This document shows, in pieces, positions 63,752 to 64,000 of a stretch of DNA of 64,000 bases. The notes beneath the pieces are model-generated. The model was given only the letters and a program-made list of their open reading frames with translations, was not told the origin of the DNA and made no database searches. The stretch's first letter is position 1. Each line of letters opens with the position of its first letter. Source of the DNA: Eledone cirrhosa (taxonomy: Eukaryota); contig OZ024740.1 of the NCBI GenBank assembly GCA_964016885.1, forward strand, positions 173,352,001 through 173,416,000, in the 5' to 3' direction. Made by a program: the position numbers and the translations under genes.

Positions 63752-64000
<249 letters not shown>

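Overview
Eukaryotic, AT-rich, repeat-dense genomic DNA. The tRNA-derived Meta/CORE-type SINEs, long (TA)n arrays and RTE and R4/Dong LINEs resemble an octopod cephalopod, but that taxon is an inference. Two host genes are supportable. The first is a 9-exon + strand Hillarin/KY-like protein (transglutaminase-like domain plus Ig-like repeats, about 1113 aa, CDS 14875-35481) whose splice phases all join in frame. The second is a - strand multi-C2H2 zinc-finger gene (about 970 aa in one exon, 51765-54677). The rest is mostly mobile DNA: Penelope-like (PLE) remnants, three RTE LINEs, an R4/Dong LINE, several CRE-clade fragments, hAT MITEs, Helitron termini, more than 20 SINE copies and a 31-bp minisatellite. 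The most interesting signal is a non-coding unit of about 590 nt found in two circularly permuted copies (3356-4020 and 46240-46474). The first copy carries a tandemly duplicated type I hammerhead ribozyme with a compensatory U3-A8 core and a palindromic stem III, making it a candidate retrozyme (circular-RNA retroelement) inserting into (TA)n. Also notable are an apparently (CATA)n-targeting R4/Dong family and a possible Helitron capture of a 5-kb LINE block. All calls come from reading the sequence by eye; no searches were run and repeat boundaries are approximate.
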